The translations under genes were made by a program, and so were the position numbers. 64,000 nucleotides of DNA, from NCBI GenBank assembly GCA_963739375.1, contig CAVUAF010000006.1:2893-66892 (forward strand). Direction: 5' to 3'. The notes under the pieces are model-generated. The model was not told the origin of the DNA, did no database searches, and worked only from the letters and a program-made list of their open reading frames with translations. This document shows positions 36,639 through 45,988 of this stretch, piece by piece. The first letter of the stretch is position 1, and the number at the start of each line of letters is the position of its first letter. The DNA is from Terriglobia bacterium (GTDB taxonomy: Bacteria > Acidobacteriota > Terriglobia > Terriglobales > Acidobacteriaceae).

Positions 36639-38459
36639 ATGCCATCCCGCATCCCGATTCTGTATCTCATCCTCAGCGTGCTGGTGCTGGTGAGCGTGGT
36701 CCCGCTGTGGGTCTACGGCACCAAGGTGGTCGCCGACAACCGCGAAAAGCTGATGACCAACGAACGGCTGCTGCAGAACACGGTCACCGCCTCGCTGGGC
36801 GACAATATCGCGCAACACCAGAACAACCTGGCGGCGATGTTGGCGAGCCTGGTTTCCGCGCTGCAGATTTCCAGCGGCGGCAACCTCTCCGGCGATCACA
36901 TCTCCACCCCGGAGCTGCGCGCCCTGCTGCAGGAGTTTGTCACCAATTCGCCCGACGTCGTGTATGCCACCCTGCTCAACACGGAGAAGAAAGGCATTAC
37001 CGCCGGCCGCATGCAGGCCGGGGAGCTCGACGCCTTCATGCAGCGCGAGCTGGAGCGCGGCTTCACCGCCGCCGCCGACGCGCGCGCCTACAACGGCCAG
37101 GCGCTGGAGCAGGGCGCCGGCAAGAACGGCCGCACCGTCATGCTGGTCAGCACCCCCATCGTCGCCGGCGGCCGCTTCATCGGCATGATCGGCGTCTTCG
37201 TCGACCTGCAGTTCATCGTCACCCGCCTGCGCGAGTTCAGCCAGGGCGAACTGGAGGCCTACGTCATCGACCACCAGGGCCGCCTGGTCGCGAGCGCCAG
37301 CTCCAAGGACCACACCGGCCAGGACATGACCCGCCTGGAGATCGTGAAGAACTTCGTCGAGCAGGGACAAAACAAGCTGGCGGCCACCAGTGACTTCGTG
37401 ATGCACGAAGACAAGCGCGAAGTCGCGATGCTGGGCACCTCCCGCCCGGTCGCCCCCCTGGGCTGGGCGGTGATCGCCCAGAAGCCGCAGGCCGCCGCCT
37501 ACGCCGCCGTCATCGAGATGCAGCGCTCGGCGCGCTGGTTAGCCATGCTGGTGGTGGCGCTGAGCATCGGCATTTCCGTGGTCGCGGCGCACCGCATCAC
37601 CACCCCGCTGGCCATCCTCACCGAATCCAGCCGCGCCATCGCCCGCGGCGACTTCTCCCGCCGCGTCGAGCTGCACAGCCGCACCGAGATCGGCGAACTG
37701 GCCGCCACCTTCAACACCATGACCGACGACCTGGAGCGCTTCGTCTATGACCTGAAGCGCGCCGCCGAGGAGAACCACGCGCTCTTCCTGGGCTCCATCC
37801 AGATGCTCGCCGGTGCGGTCGACGAAAAGGACCCCTACACCCGCGGCCACTCCGACCGCGTCACCCGCTACTCGGTGCTGCTGGCCACCGAGCTCGGCCT
37901 GCCCAAGGAGGAGATCGAGCAGATCCGCATTGCCGCCCAGCTCCACGACGTGGGCAAGATCGGCATCGAAGACCGCATCCTCAAGAAGCCCGGCGCCCTC
38001 ACCCCCGACGAATACGAGATCATGAAGACTCACACCACCAAGGGCGCTAACATCCTGCGCCCGGTGGTGCAGCTCACCAACATGCTCCCCGGCATCGAGC
38101 TGCACCACGAATCGCTCGACGGCCGCGGCTACCCGCGCGGTCTCAAGGGCGACGAGCTCCCCATCATGCCGCGCATCATCTCCGTCGCCGACACCTTCGA
38201 CGCCATGACCACCAACCGCCCTTACCAGGCGGCCATGGACCCCGAGTACGTGGTGCGCGTCATCACCTCGCTGGCCAACACCAAGTTCGACCTCCGCGTG
38301 GTGGGGGCGCTGCAGGCGGTCTTCCAGAAAGGCGATTTCCGCATCCGCCGGGCCGCCGTCGTCTCCGCCGACGAGGCCGCCGCCGCCGCCATCTCCGGCG
38401 CCAACGACCCGCGTACCGGCGCCATGCCCGCCGCCCTCGCCGACGCCGACCGCATGTAG
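36639..38459 (+). CDS. HD-GYP domain c-di-GMP phosphodiesterase-type signalling protein with periplasmic sensor and HAMP domains
   Basis: N-terminal TM helix, a ~270-aa extracytoplasmic region, a second TM helix, HAMP (ARGDFSRRVELHSRTEIGELAATFNTM), then HDVGK ... HHESLDGRGYP. Confidence 0.9.
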   Translation: MPSRIPILYLILSVLVLVSVVPLWVYGTKVVADNREKLMTNERLLQNTVTASLGDNIAQHQNNLAAMLASLVSALQISSGGNLSGDHISTPELRALLQEFVTNSPDVVYATLLNTEKKGITAGRMQAGELDAFMQRELERGFTAAADARAYNGQALEQGAGKNGRTVMLVSTPIVAGGRFIGMIGVFVDLQFIVTRLREFSQGELEAYVIDHQGRLVASASSKDHTGQDMTRLEIVKNFVEQGQNKLAATSDFVMHEDKREVAMLGTSRPVAPLGWAVIAQKPQAAAYAAVIEMQRSARWLAMLVVALSIGISVVAAHRITTPLAILTESSRAIARGDFSRRVELHSRTEIGELAATFNTMTDDLERFVYDLKRAAEENHALFLGSIQMLAGAVDEKDPYTRGHSDRVTRYSVLLATELGLPKEEIEQIRIAAQLHDVGKIGIEDRILKKPGALTPDEYEIMKTHTTKGANILRPVVQLTNMLPGIELHHESLDGRGYPRGLKGDELPIMPRIISVADTFDAMTTNRPYQAAMDPEYVVRVITSLANTKFDLRVVGALQAVFQKGDFRIRRAAVVSADEAAAAAISGANDPRTGAMPAALADADRM

Positions 38460-38540
38460 CTATCGGCCCCTCCGATGGCCCCAGAACCGCTGGCCCGATG
38501 AGCCGATGCTCTTCCCCCCGCTATAATCGTGCTTCCACCT

Positions 38541-39530
38541 ATGTCCCTTTTCGGCGGCAGCAAAATCCAGACCCTCTTCGGCAGCCTTGACGAGCAGCCC
38601 ACCGAGGAACAGAAGCAAGGCCTCTTCGACCGCATGCGCCAGGCGGTGACGCGCACGCGCGAGAACCTGAGCCAGCGCATTGACGACGTGGTCGGCTTCC
38701 GCAAGGAAATCGACCGCGACACCCTCGACGACCTGGAAGCTTCCCTGCTCGCCGCCGACCTCGGCGCCACCACCACCCAGCAGGTCCTGGCCGCCATGCG
38801 CGAAAAAGTGGACCGCAAGCTCATCGGCGACGCCGCCGAGCTGAAGCGCGTCCTGCAGCAGGAGCTGCTCGCCATCCTCACCGCCGCCCACCAGCAGCCG
38901 CCCCGCGCCGTCGAAGGCGAACCCGAGGTCATCATGGTGGTGGGGGTGAACGGCACCGGCAAGACCACCACCATCGGCAAGCTCGGCTACGCGCTCAAGG
39001 CACGCGGCGCCAGCGTGCTGCTGTGCGCCGCCGACACCTTTCGCGCCGCCGCCATCGAGCAGCTCGAAATCTGGGGACAGCGCGCCGCCCTCGACGTCAT
39101 CAAGACCCGGCCCGGCGGCGACCCTTCCGCCGTGCTCTTTGACGCCCTGGAAGCCGCCAAGGCCCGCGGCGTGGATTACGTCATCGTCGATACCGCCGGC
39201 CGCCTCCACACCAAGACCAGCCTCATGGCCGAGCTGGAAAAAATGAAGCGCACCGCCCAGCGCCACATCGCCAACGCCCCCCACGAAGTGCTCCTGGTCA
39301 TGGACGCCACCACCGGCCAGAACGGCCTGCAGCAAGCGCGCCTGTTCACCCAGTCCGCCGGCGTCACCGGCATCGTCCTCACCAAGCTCGACGGCACCGC
39401 CAAGGGCGGCGTGGTGGTCGCCATCTCGCGCGAACTCGGCTTGCCTGTGCGCTACGTCGGCGTCGGCGAGAAAATCGGCGACCTGCTGCCCTTCAACCCC
39501 CAGGAATTCGTCGCGTCGCTGTTCACGTAG
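38541..39530 (+). CDS. ftsY: Signal recognition particle receptor FtsY
   Basis: [15 protein letters not shown]-loop, [23 protein letters not shown] box (38523..38528) just upstream favours the ATG at 38541 over the GTG at 38529. Confidence 0.95.
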   Translation: MSLFGGSKIQTLFGSLDEQPTEEQKQGLFDRMRQAVTRTRENLSQRIDDVVGFRKEIDRDTLDDLEASLLAADLGATTTQQVLAAMREKVDRKLIGDAAELKRVLQQELLAILTAAHQQPPRAVEGEPEVIMVVGVNGTGKTTTIGKLGYALKARGASVLLCAADTFRAAAIEQLEIWGQRAALDVIKTRPGGDPSAVLFDALEAAKARGVDYVIVDTAGRLHTKTSLMAELEKMKRTAQRHIANAPHEVLLVMDATTGQNGLQQARLFTQSAGVTGIVLTKLDGTAKGGVVVAISRELGLPVRYVGVGEKIGDLLPFNPQEFVASLFT

Positions 39531-39597
39531 AAAAACCTAACGCAGAGGACGCGGAGAGGAAGGATTCAAAATCCCCCTCCGGAGTTATCATCGCTGC

Positions 39598-39810
39598 ATG
39601 ATGAAGTTTGTCTTCTTTGTGGGTGTGGCGGCTGCGGGTGGTTGGGCAATATTCCGCGTCATTCGCCGCATGTCCCAGGGCGGAGTTCTGTCAGACGAGA
39701 TGCTCGACGACGAATCGGGCGATGATCTTGCAGGCGTCGGCGCACCCGTGCGCCCGCGGCCACCGCTGCGCGCCGCAGCTGTCGCTCTCGACGAACCCGA
39801 CGAGGAATGA
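39598..39810 (+). CDS. Small membrane protein (hypothetical)
   Basis: 70 aa with an N-terminal TM helix (MMKFVFFVGVAAAGGWAIF) and an acidic tail. Confidence 0.45.
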   Translation: MMKFVFFVGVAAAGGWAIFRVIRRMSQGGVLSDEMLDDESGDDLAGVGAPVRPRPPLRAAAVALDEPDEE

Positions 39811-39830
39811 AGACGGCTGGTTTCTTCGAA

Positions 39831-40922
39831 TCAGTGGCTTACCTGTTGCGCGGCGGCAAACGTCTCCCAGGCCGCTTTCACAATGGGCTGGAACTGCTGG
39901 TCGTATCTTTTCCGCATCACCTCGGCGGTCCCGAGTTCTTGCAGGGCGTCGCGAATCCGCAGCGCGTTGCGGGTCACCCGCTCCACCACCTCCGCCGGAA
40001 GCCGTTCCTGCTTCACATAGAGCCACTGCGCCGCCAGCGTGTACTTGTACAGCAGGTGGAGCGACTCCTCGATACTCGTCAGCAGGCTGCCGACCGTCTG
40101 CGGCGAGATGGATCCCGGGGTGGTCTCTTCGGCCACCACCTCCAGTTGCTCGGTGAACTTGGCGACGCGCACCTCGAGTTCCGCGAGGTACGCGCGGCAC
40201 GTCGTGGCGCTGAGGCTCCCCACGAAGTAGTACGAGTCCAGCATCCCTTCCCGCGCGCCCAGCCATTCCAGGCACTCGCGGCAAAACAAAACGTTCTTCG
40301 GCACCGGCTGGTGGCACTGCTTGCAACTGGCCGGGCTTGCTCCCGGCTTGCACTGGCAGCTGGGACACGCGCGCTTGGCGTCGTGCGGAGCGAAGTAGGC
40401 CATGCCGCAGTAGTCACATCGCTGCTCCTGGATGGGGCGCGTTCCTTCCGCGTGGATCAGCGCGTAGCACTCCGGGCAGACAATTTCGAATTTCGGTCGC
40501 GAGCGCACGAGGGCCAGCACATAGCGGCACTTCGGGCAATGAAACTCCGCCGCCCCCATGGCTTTGGCGGCGGAAGCCCGCGCCAGGCCGTAAATCACCG
40601 CGCCGGCGCCGACGACCGCAGCCCCCAGGAAGAGGATCGGCGTGAAGGGCACCAGCGGCAGCAGCAGCAGTCCCAGCCAGCCAAAGATCGCCAAGTCCTG
40701 CGCCGCATCCGCGGCGCTGGGCGGATTGGCGAACAGGTAAATGGCGGCCACCAGCCCGATCACCAACATGGCCCCGCCGGCCACCAGGTTGGTCAACCCT
40801 TCGGAGATGGCTCCCGCTTCGGTCAGCGGCTCGATCTTCCCCCGGCACATCTCCTCCACCAAGTCCTTGGGGACCTGCGCGGGAGGCTTCTCGGGCCAGG
40901 CGGAGTCGAAGAGTCCAATCAT
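39831..40922 (-). CDS. Hypothetical membrane protein with three CxxC...CxxC zinc-ribbon motifs and a helical C-terminal domain
   Basis: About 3 TM helices, then CPKC..CPEC, CDYC..CPSC and CKQC..CREC pairs. No family recognised. Confidence 0.7.
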   Translation of the reverse strand: MIGLFDSAWPEKPPAQVPKDLVEEMCRGKIEPLTEAGAISEGLTNLVAGGAMLVIGLVAAIYLFANPPSAADAAQDLAIFGWLGLLLLPLVPFTPILFLGAAVVGAGAVIYGLARASAAKAMGAAEFHCPKCRYVLALVRSRPKFEIVCPECYALIHAEGTRPIQEQRCDYCGMAYFAPHDAKRACPSCQCKPGASPASCKQCHQPVPKNVLFCRECLEWLGAREGMLDSYYFVGSLSATTCRAYLAELEVRVAKFTEQLEVVAEETTPGSISPQTVGSLLTSIEESLHLLYKYTLAAQWLYVKQERLPAEVVERVTRNALRIRDALQELGTAEVMRKRYDQQFQPIVKAAWETFAAAQQVSH

Positions 40923-41239
40923 GCCAGACCTCCAGGTTGACCCCGCACCGCCCGCATTCTACGGCCCCGGGGCGAATTTGCAAGGCCTCTCCGCCATCAC
41001 GGCAAATATAGCTTTAAGATTAAGCCATTGATTCTGCTACCACTATTCCTCTTGACTCCGCCCTTCGCTGCCTGCTACTCTGCCCTTTCGCGCTCCCCCG
41101 TGGAGCCTCCCGGGACGGCCTCGGATTTCGTCAGATCTGCCTCAGATCTCGGCCGCTAAGTCCTTTAGATCGCCAGATCTGCCAGATAAACCGGGGAGGG
41201 GGTAGGGCGCCCGTCCGTTACAATAGTGGGTTTTCTGCC

Positions 41240-42454
41240 ATGCCCCCCGCTGACAAGCCGACCGACGAACGCTTCATGGCCGAAGCGCTGGAGCTGGCGT
41301 GCCACGGCCTCGGCCTCGCCTCTCCCAATCCCTGCGTGGGGGCGGTGGTGGTGGCCGGCGGCGAAGTCATCGGCCGCGGCAGCCACACCTACGAGGTGCG
41401 GAAGCACGCCGAGATTCTCGCCCTCGAAGCCGCGGGCGCGCGCGCCCGCGAGGCCACGCTTTACCTGACGCTCGAACCCTGCTGCCACACCGGCCGCACC
41501 GGGCCGTGCCTCGGCGAGGTGTTGCGCGCCGGCGTGCGCCGCGTGGTAGTGGCCATGCTCGACCCCAATCCCGCGGTGCACGGGCGTGGAGTGGCGGGCT
41601 TGCAGCAGGCTGGCGTCGCGGTCACCACCGGGGTGCTGGAAAAAGAGGCGCGCAAGCTCAACGAAGCCTTCGCCAAGCACATCCGCACCGGGTTGCCGCT
41701 GGTGACGCTCAAGGCGGGCATGACGCTCGACGGCAAGATCGCGCCCCCCGGGAATCCGGCGGCGCGGGGCGTCACCGGCGGCTGGATTACCAGCGCCGAG
41801 GCGCGCGCCCACGTGCAGCAGCTGCGCCACGCCTCCGACGCCATCATGGTCGGGGTGGGCACCGTCATCGCCGACGACCCGCTGCTCACCGACCGCAGCG
41901 GGCTGCCGCGGCGGCGCCCGCTGCTGCGCGTCATTCTCGATTCGCGCCTGCGTTTGCCGCTGCCCTCGCGCCTGGTTCGCACCTGCCAGAATGACGTGCT
42001 CGTCTTCTGCAGCTTCGCCGAAGAAAAAAAACGCCGCGCGCTGGAGCAGCAGGGCGTGCGCGTCGAGCAGATCCCGCTCGGCGAACATGACGACGGCCGC
42101 CCCGACCTCCGCCAGGTCGCGCGCCACCTGGGCGCGCTCGACCTGACCAGCGTGCTCATCGAAGGCGGCGCGCTGGTCAACTGGGCGGCGCTGGCCGCCG
42201 GCATCGTCGACAAGGTCTTCCTTTATTACGCCCCCAAAATCCTCGCCGGCGCCGGCGCCGTTCCTTTTGCCGCCGGCAGCGGATTCGGCGGGATCAGCGA
42301 GGCGGCGCAGGTCCACGACCTGGAACTGCACCGCTTCGGCGAAGACTTTGCCGTCGAGGGCTACCTGCGCGACCCCTACACCTGGCAGCCGCTGCCGCCC
42401 ACCGTCGTGCGCATGCCGGAACCGGTCCCCGAACTCCCCAAGGAGCCTGCCTGA
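41240..42454 (+). CDS. ribD: Bifunctional riboflavin biosynthesis protein RibD (deaminase/reductase)
   Basis: Cytidine-deaminase-type zinc motifs HAEILAL and TLEPCCHTGRTGPC. C-terminal reductase domain. Confidence 0.95.
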   Translation: MPPADKPTDERFMAEALELACHGLGLASPNPCVGAVVVAGGEVIGRGSHTYEVRKHAEILALEAAGARAREATLYLTLEPCCHTGRTGPCLGEVLRAGVRRVVVAMLDPNPAVHGRGVAGLQQAGVAVTTGVLEKEARKLNEAFAKHIRTGLPLVTLKAGMTLDGKIAPPGNPAARGVTGGWITSAEARAHVQQLRHASDAIMVGVGTVIADDPLLTDRSGLPRRRPLLRVILDSRLRLPLPSRLVRTCQNDVLVFCSFAEEKKRRALEQQGVRVEQIPLGEHDDGRPDLRQVARHLGALDLTSVLIEGGALVNWAALAAGIVDKVFLYYAPKILAGAGAVPFAAGSGFGGISEAAQVHDLELHRFGEDFAVEGYLRDPYTWQPLPPTVVRMPEPVPELPKEPA

Positions 42455-43128
42455 TGTTTACCGGAATCATCGAGGAAGTGGGGCACGTGGTTAGCCTGTT
42501 GCCGCGCGAGGGCAAGCAGCGCCTGACCGTTGCCTCCACCCAGTTGGTGCGCGAATTGAAGACCGGCGACAGCATCGCGGTGAGCGGCGTCTGCCTCACC
42601 GCCGTCGAGCTGGCCGCGGACAGCTTTGGCGCCGACCTGGCCGCCGAGACCCTGGCGCGCACTTCCCTGTCGCGCCTGGCGCCGGGCTCGCGCGTCAACC
42701 TGGAACTCCCCACCCGCGCCGACGGCCGCCTCGGCGGCCACATCGTGCAAGGCCACGTCGACGGCGTGGCGCTTCTGGTGAGCTTCGAGCGCGTGGGTGG
42801 GGGTGGCGAAGCTGCCGGCGGCGAGGCCCCGAACCAGGACTGGTGGCTGGAGATCGAGTTGCCGCCCGACCTGGCCCGCTACGTCGCCTGGAAGGGCTCG
42901 ATTGCCATCGAAGGCATCAGCCTGACGGTCGCGAAAATTGATGGCACGCGCGTCGGCGTGGCCATCATCCCGCACACCTGCGAAATGACCAACCTGCCGG
43001 AGCTGCGCCCCGGGGACCCCGTCAACATCGAGACCGACATCATCGCCAAGTACACGGAGAAGATGCTGCGCGGGGAGCTGCCGCGCAGCGAGATCACGGT
43101 CGAACGCCTGGTGGCGCAAGGGTTCTGA
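42454..43128 (+). CDS. ribE: Riboflavin synthase alpha subunit
   Basis: MFTGIIEEVG N-terminus and duplicated lumazine-binding repeats (GDSIAVSGVCLT / GSIAIEGISLT). Confidence 0.95.
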   Translation: MFTGIIEEVGHVVSLLPREGKQRLTVASTQLVRELKTGDSIAVSGVCLTAVELAADSFGADLAAETLARTSLSRLAPGSRVNLELPTRADGRLGGHIVQGHVDGVALLVSFERVGGGGEAAGGEAPNQDWWLEIELPPDLARYVAWKGSIAIEGISLTVAKIDGTRVGVAIIPHTCEMTNLPELRPGDPVNIETDIIAKYTEKMLRGELPRSEITVERLVAQGF

Positions 43129-43133
43129 AGGCA

Positions 43134-43213
43134 GGTTGCAAGTTTCGGGTTGCGAGTTCCTCGGCGCTGCCTGGACTCAACTTGAAACTCGAAACTTGAA
43201 ACTTGAAACTTGT
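43134..43213. repeat. Inverted heptamer arrays (GTTGCAA GTTTCGG... versus ...TCGAAAC TTGAAAC TTGAAAC) between convergent genes
   Basis: Arm 43134..43160 and arm 43174..43213. A 9-bp perfect complement joins caagtttcg (43139..43147) and cgaaacttg (43190..43198). Same GAAACTN family as the ars arrays. Confidence 0.85.
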
Positions 43214-43215
43214 TC

Positions 43216-44061
43216 TCAGGCGCTGGCCGGAGGCGGCGGGCCGGAGGCGCGCGGCAGGTCGCGCAACAACATGTCGTCGAGCCGCATGAAGTCGCGCACG
43301 ATCTCGTGCTGGCTGCGGTCGAGGTCGGCGCGGGGGCCGAAGAAGATCACCTTGCCCTCGTGCAGGAAGACCAGCCGGTCGGCGAGTTTGATGGCCAGCC
43401 GCATGTCGTGCGTCACCACCACGCTGGTGAGCTTGAGCTGCAGCTTGAGCTTGGCGATGAGGTCGCCCAGCAGGTTGGCCATCAGCGGGTCCACCATGGT
43501 GGTGGGCTCGTCGTAGAGCACGCATTCCGGCTGCGCCGAGAGCGCCCGCGCAATCGCCACCGAGCGCTTCATCCCGGTCGAAAGCTCGGAGGGCAGCTGG
43601 TCGCGCATGCCGCCGACCCCGACCATCTCCAGCAGCCCGTCGACCACGGTGAAGATCTCCAGCTCGCTCAGCTCGCCGCGCTCGCGCAGCGGGAAGGCGA
43701 CGTTTTCCCCCACGGTCAGGGAATCGAAGAGCGCGCCGTTCTGAAACACCATGGTGACTTTCTTGCGGATGCGCTGCAGTTCGGGCTCGGTGTAGCCGGT
43801 GATGTCCTCGTTGGCGACGATGACGCGGCCGTGGTCGGGCTTGAGGAACCCCATGATGTGGTGCAGCGCCACCGACTTCCCCACCCCGCTGCGCCCCAAG
43901 ATGCACAGCGTCTCGCCGGGATAGACGAAGAAGCTCACGTCGTCGAGCACCACGTGGTCGCCGAAGGCCTTGCTGACGTTCTGGAACTCGATGTACGGCC
44001 GGCGCTCGGCGGGCGCGACGTGGTCGTGCTCCGGGACCGTGAGGATGGGAACGTCGCTCAT
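43216..44061 (-). CDS. ABC transporter ATP-binding protein (MlaF-like)
   Basis: Walker A GRSGVGKS, signature LSTGMKRSVAIARAL, Walker B VLYDEPT. No permease gene is adjacent. Confidence 0.9.
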   Translation of the reverse strand: MSDVPILTVPEHDHVAPAERRPYIEFQNVSKAFGDHVVLDDVSFFVYPGETLCILGRSGVGKSVALHHIMGFLKPDHGRVIVANEDITGYTEPELQRIRKKVTMVFQNGALFDSLTVGENVAFPLRERGELSELEIFTVVDGLLEMVGVGGMRDQLPSELSTGMKRSVAIARALSAQPECVLYDEPTTMVDPLMANLLGDLIAKLKLQLKLTSVVVTHDMRLAIKLADRLVFLHEGKVIFFGPRADLDRSQHEIVRDFMRLDDMLLRDLPRASGPPPPASA

Positions 44062-44070
44062 CGGCTTTGA

Positions 44071-44670
44071 TTATGGCACGCCGCCGGCGGCGCGCTCGAA
44101 TTCCTCGGGCGAGTTCAGGTTGCGGAACTGGTCCGCCGCAAAGCCGCGCGCGGTGAACTCGGCTTCGCCCACGATGAGCAGCGGCGCCGCGCGCAGCACC
44201 GGCTCGACCTGGTTGCGGGCGGCGCGCAGCGCGGCTTCGGCCGCCTCGGCCAACGCCCGGCGATAGACGGCAACCAGCGGGTGCAGCCGCTCGCCGCCGT
44301 TTGCCTCTTGCGTGGCCGGAACCACCGCGAGCGCAGCGCTCGTCCGCGCCCGCTCCAGCAGGTAGCGCAGCAGCTCCGGAGTGACGAACGGCGTATCCAC
44401 CGCCAGCACCACGTTCAACTCCGCCGGCGAGGCACGCAGCGCCGCGTGGATGCCGGCGAGTGGTCCGTGCTCCGCGAACTGGTCTTCCACGACGGGCGCC
44501 CAGCGCTCGAACCTGACGCGCGCCCCCACGATCCAGACCGCGGGCGTGAGCGCCCGCGCCGTCGCCAGCGCATGCTCCAGCAGCGTGCGCCCGCGGAACG
44601 GGAGCTGCGCCTTGTCGCGCCCCATGCGGCGACTTTGCCCGCCGGCGAGAACGAATGCGGCCACGTCCAT
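44071..44670 (-). CDS. mobA: Molybdenum cofactor guanylyltransferase
   Basis: LAGGQSRRMGRDKAQL motif and ~200 aa length. Confidence 0.85.
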   Translation of the reverse strand: MDVAAFVLAGGQSRRMGRDKAQLPFRGRTLLEHALATARALTPAVWIVGARVRFERWAPVVEDQFAEHGPLAGIHAALRASPAELNVVLAVDTPFVTPELLRYLLERARTSAALAVVPATQEANGGERLHPLVAVYRRALAEAAEAALRAARNQVEPVLRAAPLLIVGEAEFTARGFAADQFRNLNSPEEFERAAGGVP

Positions 44671-44804
44671 GCCCGGTTATCATAGCGGCACGCCAACAGT
44701 CAACGGCCGTTTCCGTGCTAGAATCCGCGTTCCTCAACGATGACGAATTCCATGCGCGGTATTCCCGGATTCGTTTTCCCCAGCACTCAGGCGTGGAGGC
44801 ACAG

Positions 44805-45872
44805 GTGACGCCGCTGCGCGAGCGTTTTCGCCTGGCCGGCGTCCTGATGCTCTGTGTCCTCGCCGTGGCCGTCACCGGCTACATGACGCTGGGCGGCCCC
44901 TCGGTGCGCCCGCTCGACGCCGTCTACATGGCCATCGTCACACTGGCGGGCGTCGGCTATGGCGAGATCGTCCGCACCGACCTGAACCCCACGCTGCGCG
45001 TGTTCAACATGTTTGTCATCGTGATCGGCGTGGGCACCATGGTGTACGTGTTTTCCGTGCTCACCGCCTTCCTGGTCGAGGGCGAGATCACGAACCTGTT
45101 CTGGAGACGCAAGATGCAGAAGAAGATCAGCGAGCTGCGCGAGCACTACATCATCCTCGGGCTGGGCGATACCGGCCGCTACGCGGTCGAGGAGCTGCAG
45201 CGTACGCGCTCGCCCTACGTGGTGGTGGAGAGCCACGAGGACCATATCAAGAAGTTCCAGGAGCAGAGCGGCGAGGGCTTCGAAGAGGTGCTCTACGTCA
45301 TCGGCGACGCCACCGACGAAGCGGTGCTCGACCAGGCCGGCATTGAGCACGCCAAGGGCCTCATTGCCGGGCTGCCCACCGACAAGGACAACCTGGTGGC
45401 TACGGTGGTGGCGCGGCAGAAGAACACGCACGCCCGCATCGTCTCGCGCTGCATCGACCTCAAGTTCAGCGACCGCATGGTGAGGGCGGGCGCCAACGCC
45501 ACCGTCTCCCCCAACAAGATCGGCGGCATGCGGCTGGCCAGCGAGGTGCTGCGCCCGCACGTGGTGGGCTTCCTCGACCTGATGCTCAAGGAGCATTCGC
45601 GCACCCTGCGCATCGAGGAGATCGACATCCGCAGCGGCTCCCCCTGGGCCGGCCAGACGCTGCAGCATCTCAACCTGCGCAGCAAGTACAAGCTGCTGCC
45701 GCTGGCCACCATGGCGCCCAGGGAAACGGGGAAGGAGCCGCATTTCATGCCCAACCCGCCCGACGACTGGAGCGCGCAGCCCGGCACGATCATCATCGTG
45801 ATGGGTGACGTCGGCGACCTGCACCGCGCGCGCCACGATGCGCAGCCGAAACACGTCGCCGCCGCGAAGTGA
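44805..45872 (+). CDS. Potassium channel protein with RCK/TrkA-N domain
   Basis: Two TM helices flank a pore loop with TLAGVGYGE (selectivity-filter-like). RCK Rossmann motif IILGLGDTGR. The start is uncertain: the GTG at 44805 is preceded by GGAGG, while the track ORF begins at 44655 and would overlap mobA. Confidence 0.8.
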   Translation: MTPLRERFRLAGVLMLCVLAVAVTGYMTLGGPSVRPLDAVYMAIVTLAGVGYGEIVRTDLNPTLRVFNMFVIVIGVGTMVYVFSVLTAFLVEGEITNLFWRRKMQKKISELREHYIILGLGDTGRYAVEELQRTRSPYVVVESHEDHIKKFQEQSGEGFEEVLYVIGDATDEAVLDQAGIEHAKGLIAGLPTDKDNLVATVVARQKNTHARIVSRCIDLKFSDRMVRAGANATVSPNKIGGMRLASEVLRPHVVGFLDLMLKEHSRTLRIEEIDIRSGSPWAGQTLQHLNLRSKYKLLPLATMAPRETGKEPHFMPNPPDDWSAQPGTIIIVMGDVGDLHRARHDAQPKHVAAAK

Positions 45873-45887
45873 GCCTCCGGCAATAAA

Positions 45888-45914
45888 TCAGCCCGGCCGA
45901 AAGCGGCCGGGCTG
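45888..45914. terminator. Hairpin between convergent genes (cagcccggccg-aaa-gcggccgggctg)
   Basis: Read directly, 16 nt after the channel gene stop. Confidence 0.6.
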
Positions 45915-45932
45915 CATGACTCCCCAGTGCTG

Positions 45933-45956
45933 AACGCGGGCGACCTCGCCCGCGTT
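45933..45956. terminator. Second hairpin of the conserved ACGCGGGCGAC..TCGCCCGCGT type
   Basis: aacgcgggcga-cc-tcgcccgcgtt followed by TCTCGATTT. Same sequence family as 16928..16957 and 50339..50368. Confidence 0.65.
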
Positions 45957-45988
45957 TCTCGATTTAGTTCTCTGCCCGCGCTCCTGCG

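Noticed and set aside
40923-41239. FMN (RFN) riboswitch upstream of ribD.
   Set aside because: I could not find the conserved RFN core segments (for example the AGGGCGGGTGAAATTCCC-like and GGATGGGAGAAG-like regions) by eye. This needs a covariance-model scan to be definitive.
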